A DNA stretch of 51,103 nt from Deferrisomatales bacterium (GCA_033551855.1 JAWSUI010000027.1:1-51103); one strand, 5' to 3'. Positions 1-8,568 are shown, counted from the first letter of the stretch. The notes: a model not told the origin generated them from the letters alone. Made by a program: numbers and translations.

Positions 1-885
1 ACCAGGTGACCTTCACGGCCACGGCCAACGGGCTCACCGACAGCGAGACGATCACGATCACGGTGACGAACGTGGACCGGCCGCCGGTGCTGGCGCCCAT
101 CGGGAACAAGACGATGCCCGAGGGGCAACTGCTGAGCTTCACGGTCAGCGCCTCCGACCCCGACGGCGACCCGGTGACCCTCAGTGCCGCGCCGCTTCCC
201 ACCGGGGCGACGTTCCTTGGGGGAACGTTTTCCTGGACGCCGAATTTTACCCAGTCGGGCAGCTACCAGGTGACGTTCACGGCCACGGCCAACGGGCTCA
301 CCGACAGCGAGACGATCACGATCACGGTGACCAACGTGAACCGAGCCCCCATCCTCACGGCCATCTCCAATCAGAGTGTTTCCGAGGGGCAGACGATCAC
401 GGTGTCGCTGTCGGCCTCGGACCCGGACGGGGACGCGCTTCGGCTGTCGGTGGCCGGCCTGCCGGGGTTCTGCTCCCTGACCGACGCCGGCAATGGGACC
501 GGGTCCATCGGGTGCTCCCCGGATTTCGGGGACGCGGGAAACTCCTCCATGGTCGTGACGGCGACCGATGACGGGAGTCCACCCCTTTCGGATTCCAAGA
601 GCTTCAACCTGTCGGTCGGGTTCGTCGACCGGCCCCCCCAGCTCTCGCCCATCGGCAACAAGACCGTGGCCGAGGGGCAGCTTCTGAGTTTTGCGGTGAG
701 CGCCACGGACCCCGACGGCGACTCCGTGACGATCACCACGTCGGCACTCCCAACCGGTGCGACCTTCGACGGGACGACTTTCAACTGGACGCCGGGCTTC
801 GACCAGGCGGGCAGCTACCAGGTGACCTTCACGGCCACGGCCAACGGGCTCACCGACAGCGAGACGATCACCATCACGGTGACGG
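1..885 (+). repeat. Three near-identical ~68-nt intragenic direct repeats starting at about 1, 265 and 817
   Basis: accaggtgac(c/g)ttcacggccacggccaacgggctcaccgacagcgagacgatcac(g/c)atcacggtgac occurs three times; the first spacing is 264 nt, one 88-aa domain. Confidence 0.9.
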
Positions 886-2294
886 ACGTGAACCGCCTTC
901 CCGTGGCCGATGCGGGCCCGGACCAGACCGTCCGGGAGGGGGAGCCGATCTTCCTCAACGGGTCGAACTCCCACGACCCGGATGAGCCCGAGGGGTTCAT
1001 CGTCGCCTACCGGTGGGTCCAAGTCGAGGGTCCCGAGGGGGGGGAGCTGGTCGCCCCCGACGAGGCGGTGACCGAGTTTCTGCCTCCGCCGGTGCCCCCG
1101 GAGGGGGCGGCCTTCGTCTTCCAGTTGACGGTAACGGACGATCTCGGGGGGGCGGGCACCGACACGACGGTGGTGAACGTGAGCCTCAGCCTGGCCCCCG
1201 TGGCCGACGCGGGGCCGGACCAGGCGGTAGCCGAGGGTACGACCGTCTTCCTGGATGGATCCGCCTCCACCCACCCAGACCCCCTCGGGTTCATCGCCTC
1301 CTATGCCTGGGTCCAGATCGGGGGCCCCGCGGTGGCGCTGATCGACCCGGACACCGTCGGGCCTTCCTTCGCCGCGCCCCTCGTCTGGCCGGGTGAGGCG
1401 ACCCTGACCTTCCAGCTCACGGTGACGGACGAGCTGGGGCTCTTGGGGACCGACCGGGTGCTCGTGAACGTGGTGTCGGTGAACCGGCCCCCGACGGCCA
1501 ATGCCGGGTCCGACGCGGCGGCGACCGAGGGGACGACCGTAACCCTGGACGGCTCGGGCTCCCAGGACCCGGAGGGGAGGGCGCTTGGCTACGCGTGGCG
1601 CCAGACCCAGGGGCCGGCCGTCACCCTGTCGAGCGCCTCCGCCGTCCGCCCCACCTTCGTGGCGCCGCCCGTCGGGGAAGACGGCGCGAGCCTGGTGTTC
1701 GAGCTCACCGTCACCGACGACAGGGGGCTCGCCGCCACCGACAGCGTCGGCGTCTTCGTGGAGAACAACGGCATCGAGGGGTTTCCCCCCGACGTGACCA
1801 CGGTGCTCGGGGCCACCGGCGACGAGGCGATCGGCTTCAAGGTTCTCACCTTGACGAGCGGCCTCGTCTTCCTGGAGGCGCTGGACCCCCTGTCGCTGCC
1901 CTCGTCGCCGTCGTCCCCCCTCGACCTTCCCTACGGGCTCTTCAGCCTCCGGTTGAAGGTGGCGAATCCCGGCGACACGGTGACCCTGCGGGTCTACCTG
2001 CCGGAGCCGGCGCCGGAGGGCTACGTCTGGCTCAAGTATGATCCGGCGTCCGACGACTGGGTGGATTACAGCGCCGTCGGCGCCCTGTTCGACGAGGAGG
2101 CCGGGCGGAGGGAGCTCCTGGTCACCTTGGTCGACGGCGGAATAGGCGATTCCGACGGCAGTGCGAACGGGGTGATCGTGGACCCCGCCGGCCTGGGGCT
2201 CCCGAGCCCCTCGGGGAACGGCGGCGGAACCCCGGCAGCGGACGGGGGCGGTGGGATGGGTGGGTTCTGCTTCATTCGGGCGTTGGTGAGGTAG
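1..2294 (+). CDS. 5'-truncated large surface protein: He_PIG/cadherin-like Ig repeats, three PKD/K319L-like repeats, choice-of-anchor-U-like domain, Gly-rich CFI C-terminal tail
   Basis: Frame is open from the window edge to TAG at 2292-2294. Repeated 'YQVTFTATANGLTDSETITITVT.V.R.P.L..IGNKT..EGQLLSF.VSA.DPDGD'; three 'PVADAGPDQ/PTANAGSD...L.GS.S' units; 'LPYGLFSLRLKV...WLKYDP...VTLVDGGIGDSDGSANGVIVDP'; ends GGGGMGGFCFIRALVR*. Confidence 0.85.
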   Translation, partial: QVTFTATANGLTDSETITITVTNVDRPPVLAPIGNKTMPEGQLLSFTVSASDPDGDPVTLSAAPLPTGATFLGGTFSWTPNFTQSGSYQVTFTATANGLTDSETITITVTNVNRAPILTAISNQSVSEGQTITVSLSASDPDGDALRLSVAGLPGFCSLTDAGNGTGSIGCSPDFGDAGNSSMVVTATDDGSPPLSDSKSFNLSVGFVDRPPQLSPIGNKTVAEGQLLSFAVSATDPDGDSVTITTSALPTGATFDGTTFNWTPGFDQAGSYQVTFTATANGLTDSETITITVTDVNRLPVADAGPDQTVREGEPIFLNGSNSHDPDEPEGFIVAYRWVQVEGPEGGELVAPDEAVTEFLPPPVPPEGAAFVFQLTVTDDLGGAGTDTTVVNVSLSLAPVADAGPDQAVAEGTTVFLDGSASTHPDPLGFIASYAWVQIGGPAVALIDPDTVGPSFAAPLVWPGEATLTFQLTVTDELGLLGTDRVLVNVVSVNRPPTANAGSDAAATEGTTVTLDGSGSQDPEGRALGYAWRQTQGPAVTLSSASAVRPTFVAPPVGEDGASLVFELTVTDDRGLAATDSVGVFVENNGIEGFPPDVTTVLGATGDEAIGFKVLTLTSGLVFLEALDPLSLPSSPSSPLDLPYGLFSLRLKVANPGDTVTLRVYLPEPAPEGYVWLKYDPASDDWVDYSAVGALFDEEAGRRELLVTLVDGGIGDSDGSANGVIVDPAGLGLPSPSGNGGGTPAADGGGGMGGFCFIRALVR

Positions 2295-2519
2295 GCTGGA
2301 AGCGAATAGGCCAGAAGCTGAGGCACGAAGCTTGAAGCCGGAAGCTTGAGGCTGGAGGCAAGAGAGCCGGAAGCTGGAAGCCGGAGGCTCGAAGCGAGAG
2401 ATCCGGAAGCCGGGAGGCAAGAGGGTTCCCGTTTCTCTGCTTTCGCGTCAAGCTTCTCGCTTCCAGCGTCCAGCCTGAAGCATCCCGCTTCAAGCTTCCA
2501 GCTCCCCGAAGAGGGGAGC
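2292..2519. repeat. Degenerate 7-nt tandem array with two opposing arms (GAAGCYG-type, then CAGCTTC-type) ending in a hairpin
   Basis: Left arm includes GAAGCTT GAAGCCG GAAGCTT GAGGCTG GAGGCAA (2327-2361) and GAAGCTG GAAGCCG GAGGCTC GAAGCGA (2370-2397). Right arm is AAGCTTC TCGCTTC CAGCGTC CAGCCTG AAGCATC CCGCTTC AAGCTTC CAGCTCC (2450-2505). Hairpin GCTCCCC-gaaga-GGGGAGC at 2501-2519. Confidence 0.9.
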
Positions 2520-2584
2520 GGTGGGCGGTTACGCGGATGGGGGAGAGGAGAAGGTGGAGGTTGAACGTGTACAGGGGAGAAGCC

Positions 2585-3643
2585 ATGGAGTTCAAGGCGA
2601 TTCCGGGGCCGGCGCACGAGCAGTGCGGTCAACTGCTCGCCTCGGCACCTCATAACCCCTTCTTCACTCCCGCCTACCTGGCCGCCCGCGGCGACTCGGG
2701 GGAAAGGCCCTGGCTGCTCGCCCTGTGGGCGCACGGCAGGGTAGTGGCCGGGTGCACTGCATTCGAGACGAGGCGCCGCACGGGAAGGGCGCTCGAGATC
2801 CACTCCGCGCCGGCGGTCGTTCAGGAGCGCGCCTACTGGGAAGGACTGCTCGGCTTCTGTCGTGAGCGCGGCGTGCAGGAGTTGGTGCTCCAGACGTACG
2901 GTTCCCCGGAGCTGACGATTCCGGGCGGTACCCGAGAGCTGTGGCGCCGGCGCCGCCGGGAGCACGTGTGGGATCTGACGGCCGGGAACGGGGCGGCAGG
3001 GTTCTCGCCCAATCACCGGCGAAATGCGGGACGGGCGCTGAAGGCAGGAGTGGAGCTGCGAGTCGCCGAGACCCGGGAGGCCTGTCGGGCTCACGGCCAC
3101 CTCGTTGGGGCGTCGCTGACACGTCGAAGGGAGCGGGGGGAGGCGGTGCCTTCCCCTCGAAGTGAGGCGCTCTGGCTCCGCCTCCTGGCGAACGGGGCGG
3201 CGCTGATCTATCAGGGCACGAGAGAAGGGACCCCTCTCTCCTCCGCGCTCGTCTTGCTGGCTCCGGAGGGGGCCTACTATCAGTCCGCCGGCACCTCACC
3301 GGAAGGAATGGCGGTGGGGGCTTCGCATTTCGTCGTCCAGGGCGCCGCGGATGATCTCCGCCGGCGCGGCATTCGGCGGTTCAATCTCGGCGGGGCGGGG
3401 CCCGACGAGGAGGGTCTCGGCCGCTTCAAGGCCGGATTCGGCGCCCGGCCCGTGGAACTGGAAGCCGCGGCCCATTGGGTGGCCAGTCCATGGCTCCTGG
3501 CGCTCCGGCGCGGGGTGCAGGCGCTGCGGAGGGTTCGGGGGGCTGGGGTCCGCCGTCCCGAGGGTACCCCGGGCCCAGCCGGAGCGCCGACCGGGGCCGC
3601 TGCCGCAGGCGCGGGCTTTTCGAGCAGGGGGCACTCGGCTTGA
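2585..3643 (+). CDS. GNAT/FemAB-like N-acyltransferase (Acetyltransf_6 type)
   Basis: ATG 2585 after GGGGAG. Motifs 'FSPNHRRNAGRALKAGVELR', 'AYYQSAGT' and 'RRFNLGG...GLGRFKAGFGA' are typical of FemAB-like GNATs in glycan loci. Confidence 0.8.
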   Translation: MEFKAIPGPAHEQCGQLLASAPHNPFFTPAYLAARGDSGERPWLLALWAHGRVVAGCTAFETRRRTGRALEIHSAPAVVQERAYWEGLLGFCRERGVQELVLQTYGSPELTIPGGTRELWRRRRREHVWDLTAGNGAAGFSPNHRRNAGRALKAGVELRVAETREACRAHGHLVGASLTRRRERGEAVPSPRSEALWLRLLANGAALIYQGTREGTPLSSALVLLAPEGAYYQSAGTSPEGMAVGASHFVVQGAADDLRRRGIRRFNLGGAGPDEEGLGRFKAGFGARPVELEAAAHWVASPWLLALRRGVQALRRVRGAGVRRPEGTPGPAGAPTGAAAAGAGFSSRGHSA

Positions 3644-4929
3644 GGAATTCCGGGTACGACGTCCTGGTGACCGGGGCCGACCAGCGACAGGGCTTGGCCC
3701 TGATTCGCGCGCTGGGCACGGGGGGGGAGCGGGTCTTCGCCGCCGGGCCCCATCGCCGCAGCATCGGGTTTCACTCGCGGTATGCCGCCGGGCGCGGGTG
3801 TTACCCGCCCCCCCAGGACGACAAACAGGCCTTCGCCGGCCGCATCCTGGACTTGGTCCGCGAGCACCGCATCTCCGTCGTGTTCCCGAGCGGGGAGTCG
3901 GAAGTCATCGCCCTCGACGAATTTCGGGACTCGTTCCCGCCGGGCGTCGCCCTCGCGATGGCGCCCCGCGACTCCCTCACCCTCGCCCTGGACAAGCGCC
4001 GCACGTATTCGCTGGCCGAGGCGGTCGGCGTCCCTTGCCCCAGGACCTGCTGCCCCGGCTCGGTCCCCGAGGCGACGGCCTTCGCCCGCGAGGTCGGGTT
4101 TCCAGTTGTCCTGAAGCGTTTCGCCATGCCGACCTACGGCCGCACCGATCGCGGGAGGAGCGTCAAGGTTGCCTATGCGAAGGACCCGCCTGCGCTGGAG
4201 AAAGCGCTCGAGGTCTGCGGGACCGCCGGATGCCTGCCTCTCGTGCAAGAGTATGTCTCGGGGGACGGCGTGTGCCAGGGGACCGTGTGCGTCAGCGGGG
4301 AGGCGCGGGGGGTGTACCAATACCGGCGTGCCCGGGAATACCCGGTGACGGGCGGGGTCACCGCCGTGCACGTCACCGAGGCCGTCGACCCCGTGCCGCT
4401 GGCCTGGACGCGCCGCCTGCTGGGGGAGATGCGGTTCGAAGGGCTGGCTCAGGTCGAGTACCGCCGGAGCCGCAAAACGGGCAGGTATGTGTTGATCGAG
4501 GTGAACGGCCGCTGCTGGGCCCCGATCTCCGGCGCCCTCCGCGCCGGCCTCAACTATCCCCTGGCTCACTACCGCCATCTGACCGGCGGGGAGGCCGTCG
4601 AGCTGCCGCCCGCCTATCCCGTCGGCCGGCGCACGCGCTACCTCCGGGGCGATCTCTCGGCGCTGGAGCAGCACCTCCAGGGCCGGACCCCGGACTATCT
4701 GGAGCCCCTCCCTTCCAGGGGCCGACTGCTGTGGGACATCCTCAAGGACTTCTCGCCGGGCACGAGGGGAGACGTCCACGACTGGGGGGATCCCTCCCCG
4801 TCCCTGTGGGAAGCCGCGTCCCTCGGCAACCGCTACGGCCGGCGGGCGGCCGGGGCGCTCTTGCGATTCGCCGGGGTCGGGCGCCGGAGGGCGGCGGAGC
4901 CGTCGGTTCGGCCCGACGCCGGAGCGTGA
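3640..4929 (+). CDS. ATP-grasp carboxylate-amine ligase family protein
   Basis: TTG 3640 overlaps the upstream stop (TTGA). Motifs 'VLVTGADQRQGLALIRALG', 'ALDKRRTYSLAEAVGVPCPRT', 'GFPVVLK', 'LVQEYVSG', 'GLAQVEYR...YVLIEVNGRCW'. Confidence 0.8.
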   Translation: MRNSGYDVLVTGADQRQGLALIRALGTGGERVFAAGPHRRSIGFHSRYAAGRGCYPPPQDDKQAFAGRILDLVREHRISVVFPSGESEVIALDEFRDSFPPGVALAMAPRDSLTLALDKRRTYSLAEAVGVPCPRTCCPGSVPEATAFAREVGFPVVLKRFAMPTYGRTDRGRSVKVAYAKDPPALEKALEVCGTAGCLPLVQEYVSGDGVCQGTVCVSGEARGVYQYRRAREYPVTGGVTAVHVTEAVDPVPLAWTRRLLGEMRFEGLAQVEYRRSRKTGRYVLIEVNGRCWAPISGALRAGLNYPLAHYRHLTGGEAVELPPAYPVGRRTRYLRGDLSALEQHLQGRTPDYLEPLPSRGRLLWDILKDFSPGTRGDVHDWGDPSPSLWEAASLGNRYGRRAAGALLRFAGVGRRRAAEPSVRPDAGA

Positions 4930-4960
4930 GCCGGCCCCTCGCCTTGCGGCAGGAGAGCGG

Positions 4961-5086
4961 ATGAGCCTGTGCATCGCGGGCACGGGCTACGGGGGCTTGG
5001 TGACCGGCACCTGCTACGCCGAGACGGGGAGCGACGTGGTGTGGGTGGACATCGTCCGTTTCACGGTTGAAGAGTTGAGTTTTTAG
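4961..5086 (+). pseudogene. ugd: 41-codon 5' remnant of UDP-glucose/GDP-mannose 6-dehydrogenase
   Basis: RBS AGGAGAG, then MSLCIAGTGYGGLVTGTCYAETGSDVVWVDI, matching the Ugd N-terminal Rossmann motif (M.I.V.GTGYVGLVTG.C.AE.G..V.CVDID). Stops at TAG 5084-5086. Too short for the ORF track. Confidence 0.75.
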
Positions 5087-5120
5087 CTTCCAGCTTCCAG
5101 CCTGAAGCTTCAAGCTCCCC
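5084..5120. repeat. Five-unit 7-nt array, a direct copy of the right arm at 2450-2507
   Basis: TAGCTTC CAGCTTC CAGCCTG AAGCTTC AAGCTCC CC, compared with TCGCTTC CAGCGTC CAGCCTG AAGCATC ... AAGCTTC CAGCTCC CC. Confidence 0.85.
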
Positions 5121-5142
5121 TCAACAGAGAGGACAGACACGG

Positions 5143-6129
5143 ATGACAGAGGGTCGACTTCGCGTCGGGAGGCGGCTGCATCGTGGGAGCCGGAGGCTTC
5201 GCTGGGCGCTCACGGGCTGCCTGCTGCTGTGGGGCGCCGCAGCGGCGGCTTCGGGGCCGGCGGAGGTGGGACTGGTCGTGAAGGGCGGCACCCTGGTGGT
5301 GGAGCCTTCCGTCACCTACGTGCGCACCTCCGCGGAGGAGCTCGCCCTCGAGGACTACGTGTTCCTGCCGATCCCCGGGGCAACCATCGAGGACCTGGAC
5401 CGGAACCTCTGGAGCGCGGCGCTCGAGCTGCGGTACGGGGTGACCTCGCGGCTCACCGTCGCCGCCCGCCTTCCCTACGTGTGGCGGGACGACGAGGTGA
5501 CGTTGCGGGCCGACGCCGAGGGGGCGCCACGGGAGACGGTGGAGCTCACCGGCAGCGGCCTGGGCGACGTGGAGTTCGGGACCCGCTACCAGCTCAACCG
5601 GGACCGGGGCAGGGGACCCGTGTTCTTCGCCGACGTGTGGGCGAAGGCCCCGACCGGGGAGCACCAGTTCGAGATCGACCGGGGAGCCGACGGGCTCCTC
5701 GAGGACCTTCCGACGGGTTCCGGGTTCTGGTCGGTGCGGCCGGCGCTGACCGCCGCCCTGCTCCGGTACGAGCTCACCCTGTTCGGCGAGGCGAGTTACC
5801 GCTGGACGGTGAAGCGCGACTTCGGGGGGACCCACGGGGAGGTGGACCCGGGGGACGTCGCGGCGGTCCGGGTGGGCCTCGACCGGCAGTTCCTGGAGAA
5901 GTACGGGATGGTGCTGGCCTACGAGCACGGCGTGGTGACGCGGCCGGAGGTGGACGGCCGAAAGGTCGAGGGGTCCGAGACGCTGCACGTGGGGCTCTTC
6001 ACGGTGGGCTGGTACTACCGCCCCGGCGGGTTCCTGGGCTGGAACCTGAACCTGAGCGCCCGGATCACCCAGGACGCGCCCAGTTTCGTGGCGAGCTTTT
6101 CGGTTCCCCTGTCGTTTCCCCTCTTCTGA
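5143..6129 (+). CDS. Outer-membrane beta-barrel transporter (COG4313/FapF-like)
   Basis: Signal peptide ending AAAA-S; 'GTLVVEPSVTY', 'LRYGVTSRL...RLPYVWR', 'GSGLGDVEFGTRYQLN', 'KAPTG', 'LPTGSGFWSVRPALT', 'GEVDPGD', 'ITQDAPSF'; C-terminal Phe. Confidence 0.75.
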   Translation: MTEGRLRVGRRLHRGSRRLRWALTGCLLLWGAAAAASGPAEVGLVVKGGTLVVEPSVTYVRTSAEELALEDYVFLPIPGATIEDLDRNLWSAALELRYGVTSRLTVAARLPYVWRDDEVTLRADAEGAPRETVELTGSGLGDVEFGTRYQLNRDRGRGPVFFADVWAKAPTGEHQFEIDRGADGLLEDLPTGSGFWSVRPALTAALLRYELTLFGEASYRWTVKRDFGGTHGEVDPGDVAAVRVGLDRQFLEKYGMVLAYEHGVVTRPEVDGRKVEGSETLHVGLFTVGWYYRPGGFLGWNLNLSARITQDAPSFVASFSVPLSFPLF

Positions 6130-6156
6130 GGGACCACCCTTTTTGAGGAGAGCCGG

Positions 6157-7326
6157 TTGAAGATCCTGGTCCTCGCGCCCCACCCGTTCTTCCAGAACCG
6201 GGGCACCCCCATTGCGGTGCGCATGCTCGTGGACGTCCTGTCGGGGGCCGGGCGCAGGGTGGACGTGCTGACCTATCACGAGGGGGAAGACTGTGAGGGG
6301 CTCGATGCCACGATCCACCGCATTCCGGCCCTGGCCGGGGTGCACGGGATCAAGCCGGGGTTCTCCTGGAAGAAGGTCGTGTGCGACGTCCTGATGATGG
6401 GCAAGAGCATCCCCCTGGTCAGAAAGAATCGCTATGACCTGATCCATGCCGTGGAAGAGTCGGTTTTCATTGCCATGACCTTGAAGAGGCTCTTCGGTGT
6501 GCCGTACGTGTACGACATGGATTCCTCCCTGGTCCAGCAGATGGTGGAGTCCTACCCCTGGCTCGGCCGAGCGCGGCGGCCCATGGAATCGTTCGAGCGG
6601 CTGGCCCTGAAGGGCAGCCTCGGCGTCGTGGCGGTGTGCAAGGCCTTGGAGGAGGTGGCTCGGCAGTGCACCCCCGACAAGGCGATCCTCCGGCTGGAGG
6701 ACGTGAGCATGCTGAGCTCCTCGACGGCCGGGGGAGAGAACCTGAGGGATGCCTTGGGAATCGCGGGACCGCTGATCCTGTACGTCGGGAACCTCGAGAA
6801 GTACCAGGGGATCGACCTTTTGCTGGAGGCCTTTCGCCACGCCTCCGCCCAGGTTCCGGACGCCCATCTCGTCGTGATCGGGGGTGCCCCGGACGACATC
6901 GAGAAGTACAGGCTCCGGTCGGGAGAGCTCGGTGTGGGGGAGAAGACCCACTTCACCGGGCCCCGGCCGGTGGCCGCGCTGGCCGCCTATCTCTCCCAGG
7001 CCGACGTCCTCGTGTCTCCCCGGATCCAGGGCCAGAACACCCCGATGAAGATCTACTCCTACCTCGACGCCGGCGCACCGGTGCTCGCGACGGACCTGCC
7101 GACCCACACCCAGGTGCTGGACCCCGAGATCGCCCTGCTGGCGGCCCCCGAGCCCCGAGCCTTTGCCGACGGGCTGGTGGCGCTGCTGCGGGAACGGGAC
7201 CTGCGGGAAGGGCTCGCCGGGAGGGCTCGGGAGAGGGTCCGGGAGGAGTTCAGCCCCGAGGCTTTTCGCACCAAGCTGGTGCGGTTCTATTCCGAGTTGG
7301 AAGGCCGACTCGCGGTCGGGACCTGA
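6157..7326 (+). CDS. Glycosyltransferase family 4
   Basis: TTG start after GAGGAG; 'MKILVLAPHPFFQNRGTP', 'LYVGNLEKYQGIDLLLEAF', 'ADVLVSPRIQGQNTPMKIYSYL'. Confidence 0.9.
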   Translation: MKILVLAPHPFFQNRGTPIAVRMLVDVLSGAGRRVDVLTYHEGEDCEGLDATIHRIPALAGVHGIKPGFSWKKVVCDVLMMGKSIPLVRKNRYDLIHAVEESVFIAMTLKRLFGVPYVYDMDSSLVQQMVESYPWLGRARRPMESFERLALKGSLGVVAVCKALEEVARQCTPDKAILRLEDVSMLSSSTAGGENLRDALGIAGPLILYVGNLEKYQGIDLLLEAFRHASAQVPDAHLVVIGGAPDDIEKYRLRSGELGVGEKTHFTGPRPVAALAAYLSQADVLVSPRIQGQNTPMKIYSYLDAGAPVLATDLPTHTQVLDPEIALLAAPEPRAFADGLVALLRERDLREGLAGRARERVREEFSPEAFRTKLVRFYSELEGRLAVGT

Positions 7327-7473
7327 CCCGGGCCCGCCTGTCGGGTCCCCGCAGGGAGCGCGCGCAAACACGCAGGCGAGGAGGTCCTGCGCCGGATCGA
7401 GGGGGTTCCCGCCTCCCGCGGTTCCCTTCCCGGCGACCCGGCGCCGCGTGAGACCTCCCGGGTGCACGCGGCC

Positions 7474-7520
7474 CCAGGCTTCCCTCCCCTTCAAGGGGAG
7501 GGCGAGGGTGGGGATGGGTT
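7474..7520. repeat. REP-like palindromic element, copy 1
   Basis: Palindrome CCCTCCCCTT-C-AAGGGGAGGG (7482-7502) followed by CGAGGGTGGGGATGGG. Shares CCAGGCTTCCCTCCCCTTC with 37277-37295. Confidence 0.7.
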
Positions 7521-7593
7521 GTCCGGGGGGAGGATCAAAGAGGGGGCGGGTGCCGCCCACACGGAGCGCAACGGAACCGGAAAGGAACGAAGG

Positions 7594-8568
7594 ATGTCGA
7601 GAATCCTGGTGACCGGAGGCAAGGGGTTCCTCGGGCAGCACGTGGTGGCACGGCTGCGGGAGGATGCCCACGACGTGCAGGTCTTCGCGAGGCCCGAGCC
7701 CTCCAGCCCGGCGGAGGAGGACGGCGTGTTCTGGGGCGACATCCGGGACGGCGAGGCCGTGGATGCCGCGGTTCGGGGCTCCGACGTCGTGATCCACCTG
7801 GTGTCGAACTTCCGAAAGGGCGGGTCGGACAAGAAGGAGGCCCGCGCCATCAATGTCAACGGCACGGTGAACGTGCTGGAGGCCTGCGGGAAGCACGGGG
7901 TGCGCCAACTGATCCACTGCAGCACGATCGGGGTGCACGGGAGCGTGCGGGAGATTCCGGCCACGGAGACGACCGCCTTCAACCCCACGGACCTCTACCA
8001 GGAGACGAAGCTGGAGGCCGAGCAGGAGGTGTGGAGGCACCACCGGGAGAAGGGCCTGCCGGTGACGGTGATCCGTCCCATCTCGCTCTACGGGCCCGGA
8101 GACCTCCGGATGCTCAAGCTCTTCAAGATGATCAAGAAGGGCACGTTTTTGATGGTCGGGTCGGGGGACGCCCTGTTCCAGCCCGCCTACATCGACGACG
8201 TGGTGGAGGGGTTCCGGCTGTGCCTGGAGAATCCCGCAGCCCTGGGGGAGGTCTTCATCCTCGGCAGCGAGGGGTACCTGCCCCTGAAGGAGCTGGTCCG
8301 CACGATCGCGGAGGAGATGGGCGTGGCGCCGCCCACCCGGAGGATTCCTCTCGGCCCGGTCCTCTGGCTGGCCGGCGTCTGCGAACGGGTCTGCGAACCC
8401 TTCGGCATCGAGCCCCCGCTCCACCGCCGCCGGGTGAGCTTCTTCCAGAACAACCGGGCCTTCTCGATCGAGAAGGCGAAACGCGTCCTGGGGTTCGACC
8501 CGCAAGTCCCCCTGCGGGAGGGGATCCGACGGACGGTGCGGTGGTACGAGGAGAACGGGTACCTGTGA
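7594..8568 (+). CDS. NAD-dependent epimerase/dehydratase (extended SDR)
   Basis: '[11 protein letters not shown]', '[13 protein letters not shown]', 'HCSTIGVHG', YxxxK motif 'YQETK'. Confidence 0.9.
   Translation: MSRILVTGGKGFLGQHVVARLREDAHDVQVFARPEPSSPAEEDGVFWGDIRDGEAVDAAVRGSDVVIHLVSNFRKGGSDKKEARAINVNGTVNVLEACGKHGVRQLIHCSTIGVHGSVREIPATETTAFNPTDLYQETKLEAEQEVWRHHREKGLPVTVIRPISLYGPGDLRMLKLFKMIKKGTFLMVGSGDALFQPAYIDDVVEGFRLCLENPAALGEVFILGSEGYLPLKELVRTIAEEMGVAPPTRRIPLGPVLWLAGVCERVCEPFGIEPPLHRRRVSFFQNNRAFSIEKAKRVLGFDPQVPLREGIRRTVRWYEENGYL

Noticed and set aside
1..885. Diversity-generating retroelement TR/VR pair
   Set aside because: The mismatches are C/G synonymous changes rather than adenine-specific, and no reverse transcriptase is present in the window.
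2066..2595. ORFs with LPASGSLASS / LEARSRKPEA repeats
   Set aside because: These are translations of the non-coding 7-nt array; a 7-nt period gives similar low-complexity peptides in every frame.
2585..4929. ATP-grasp + GNAT as a graspetide (microviridin-type) RiPP cluster
   Set aside because: No precursor peptide or peptidase-transporter is visible, and the ligase resembles those found in polysaccharide loci.
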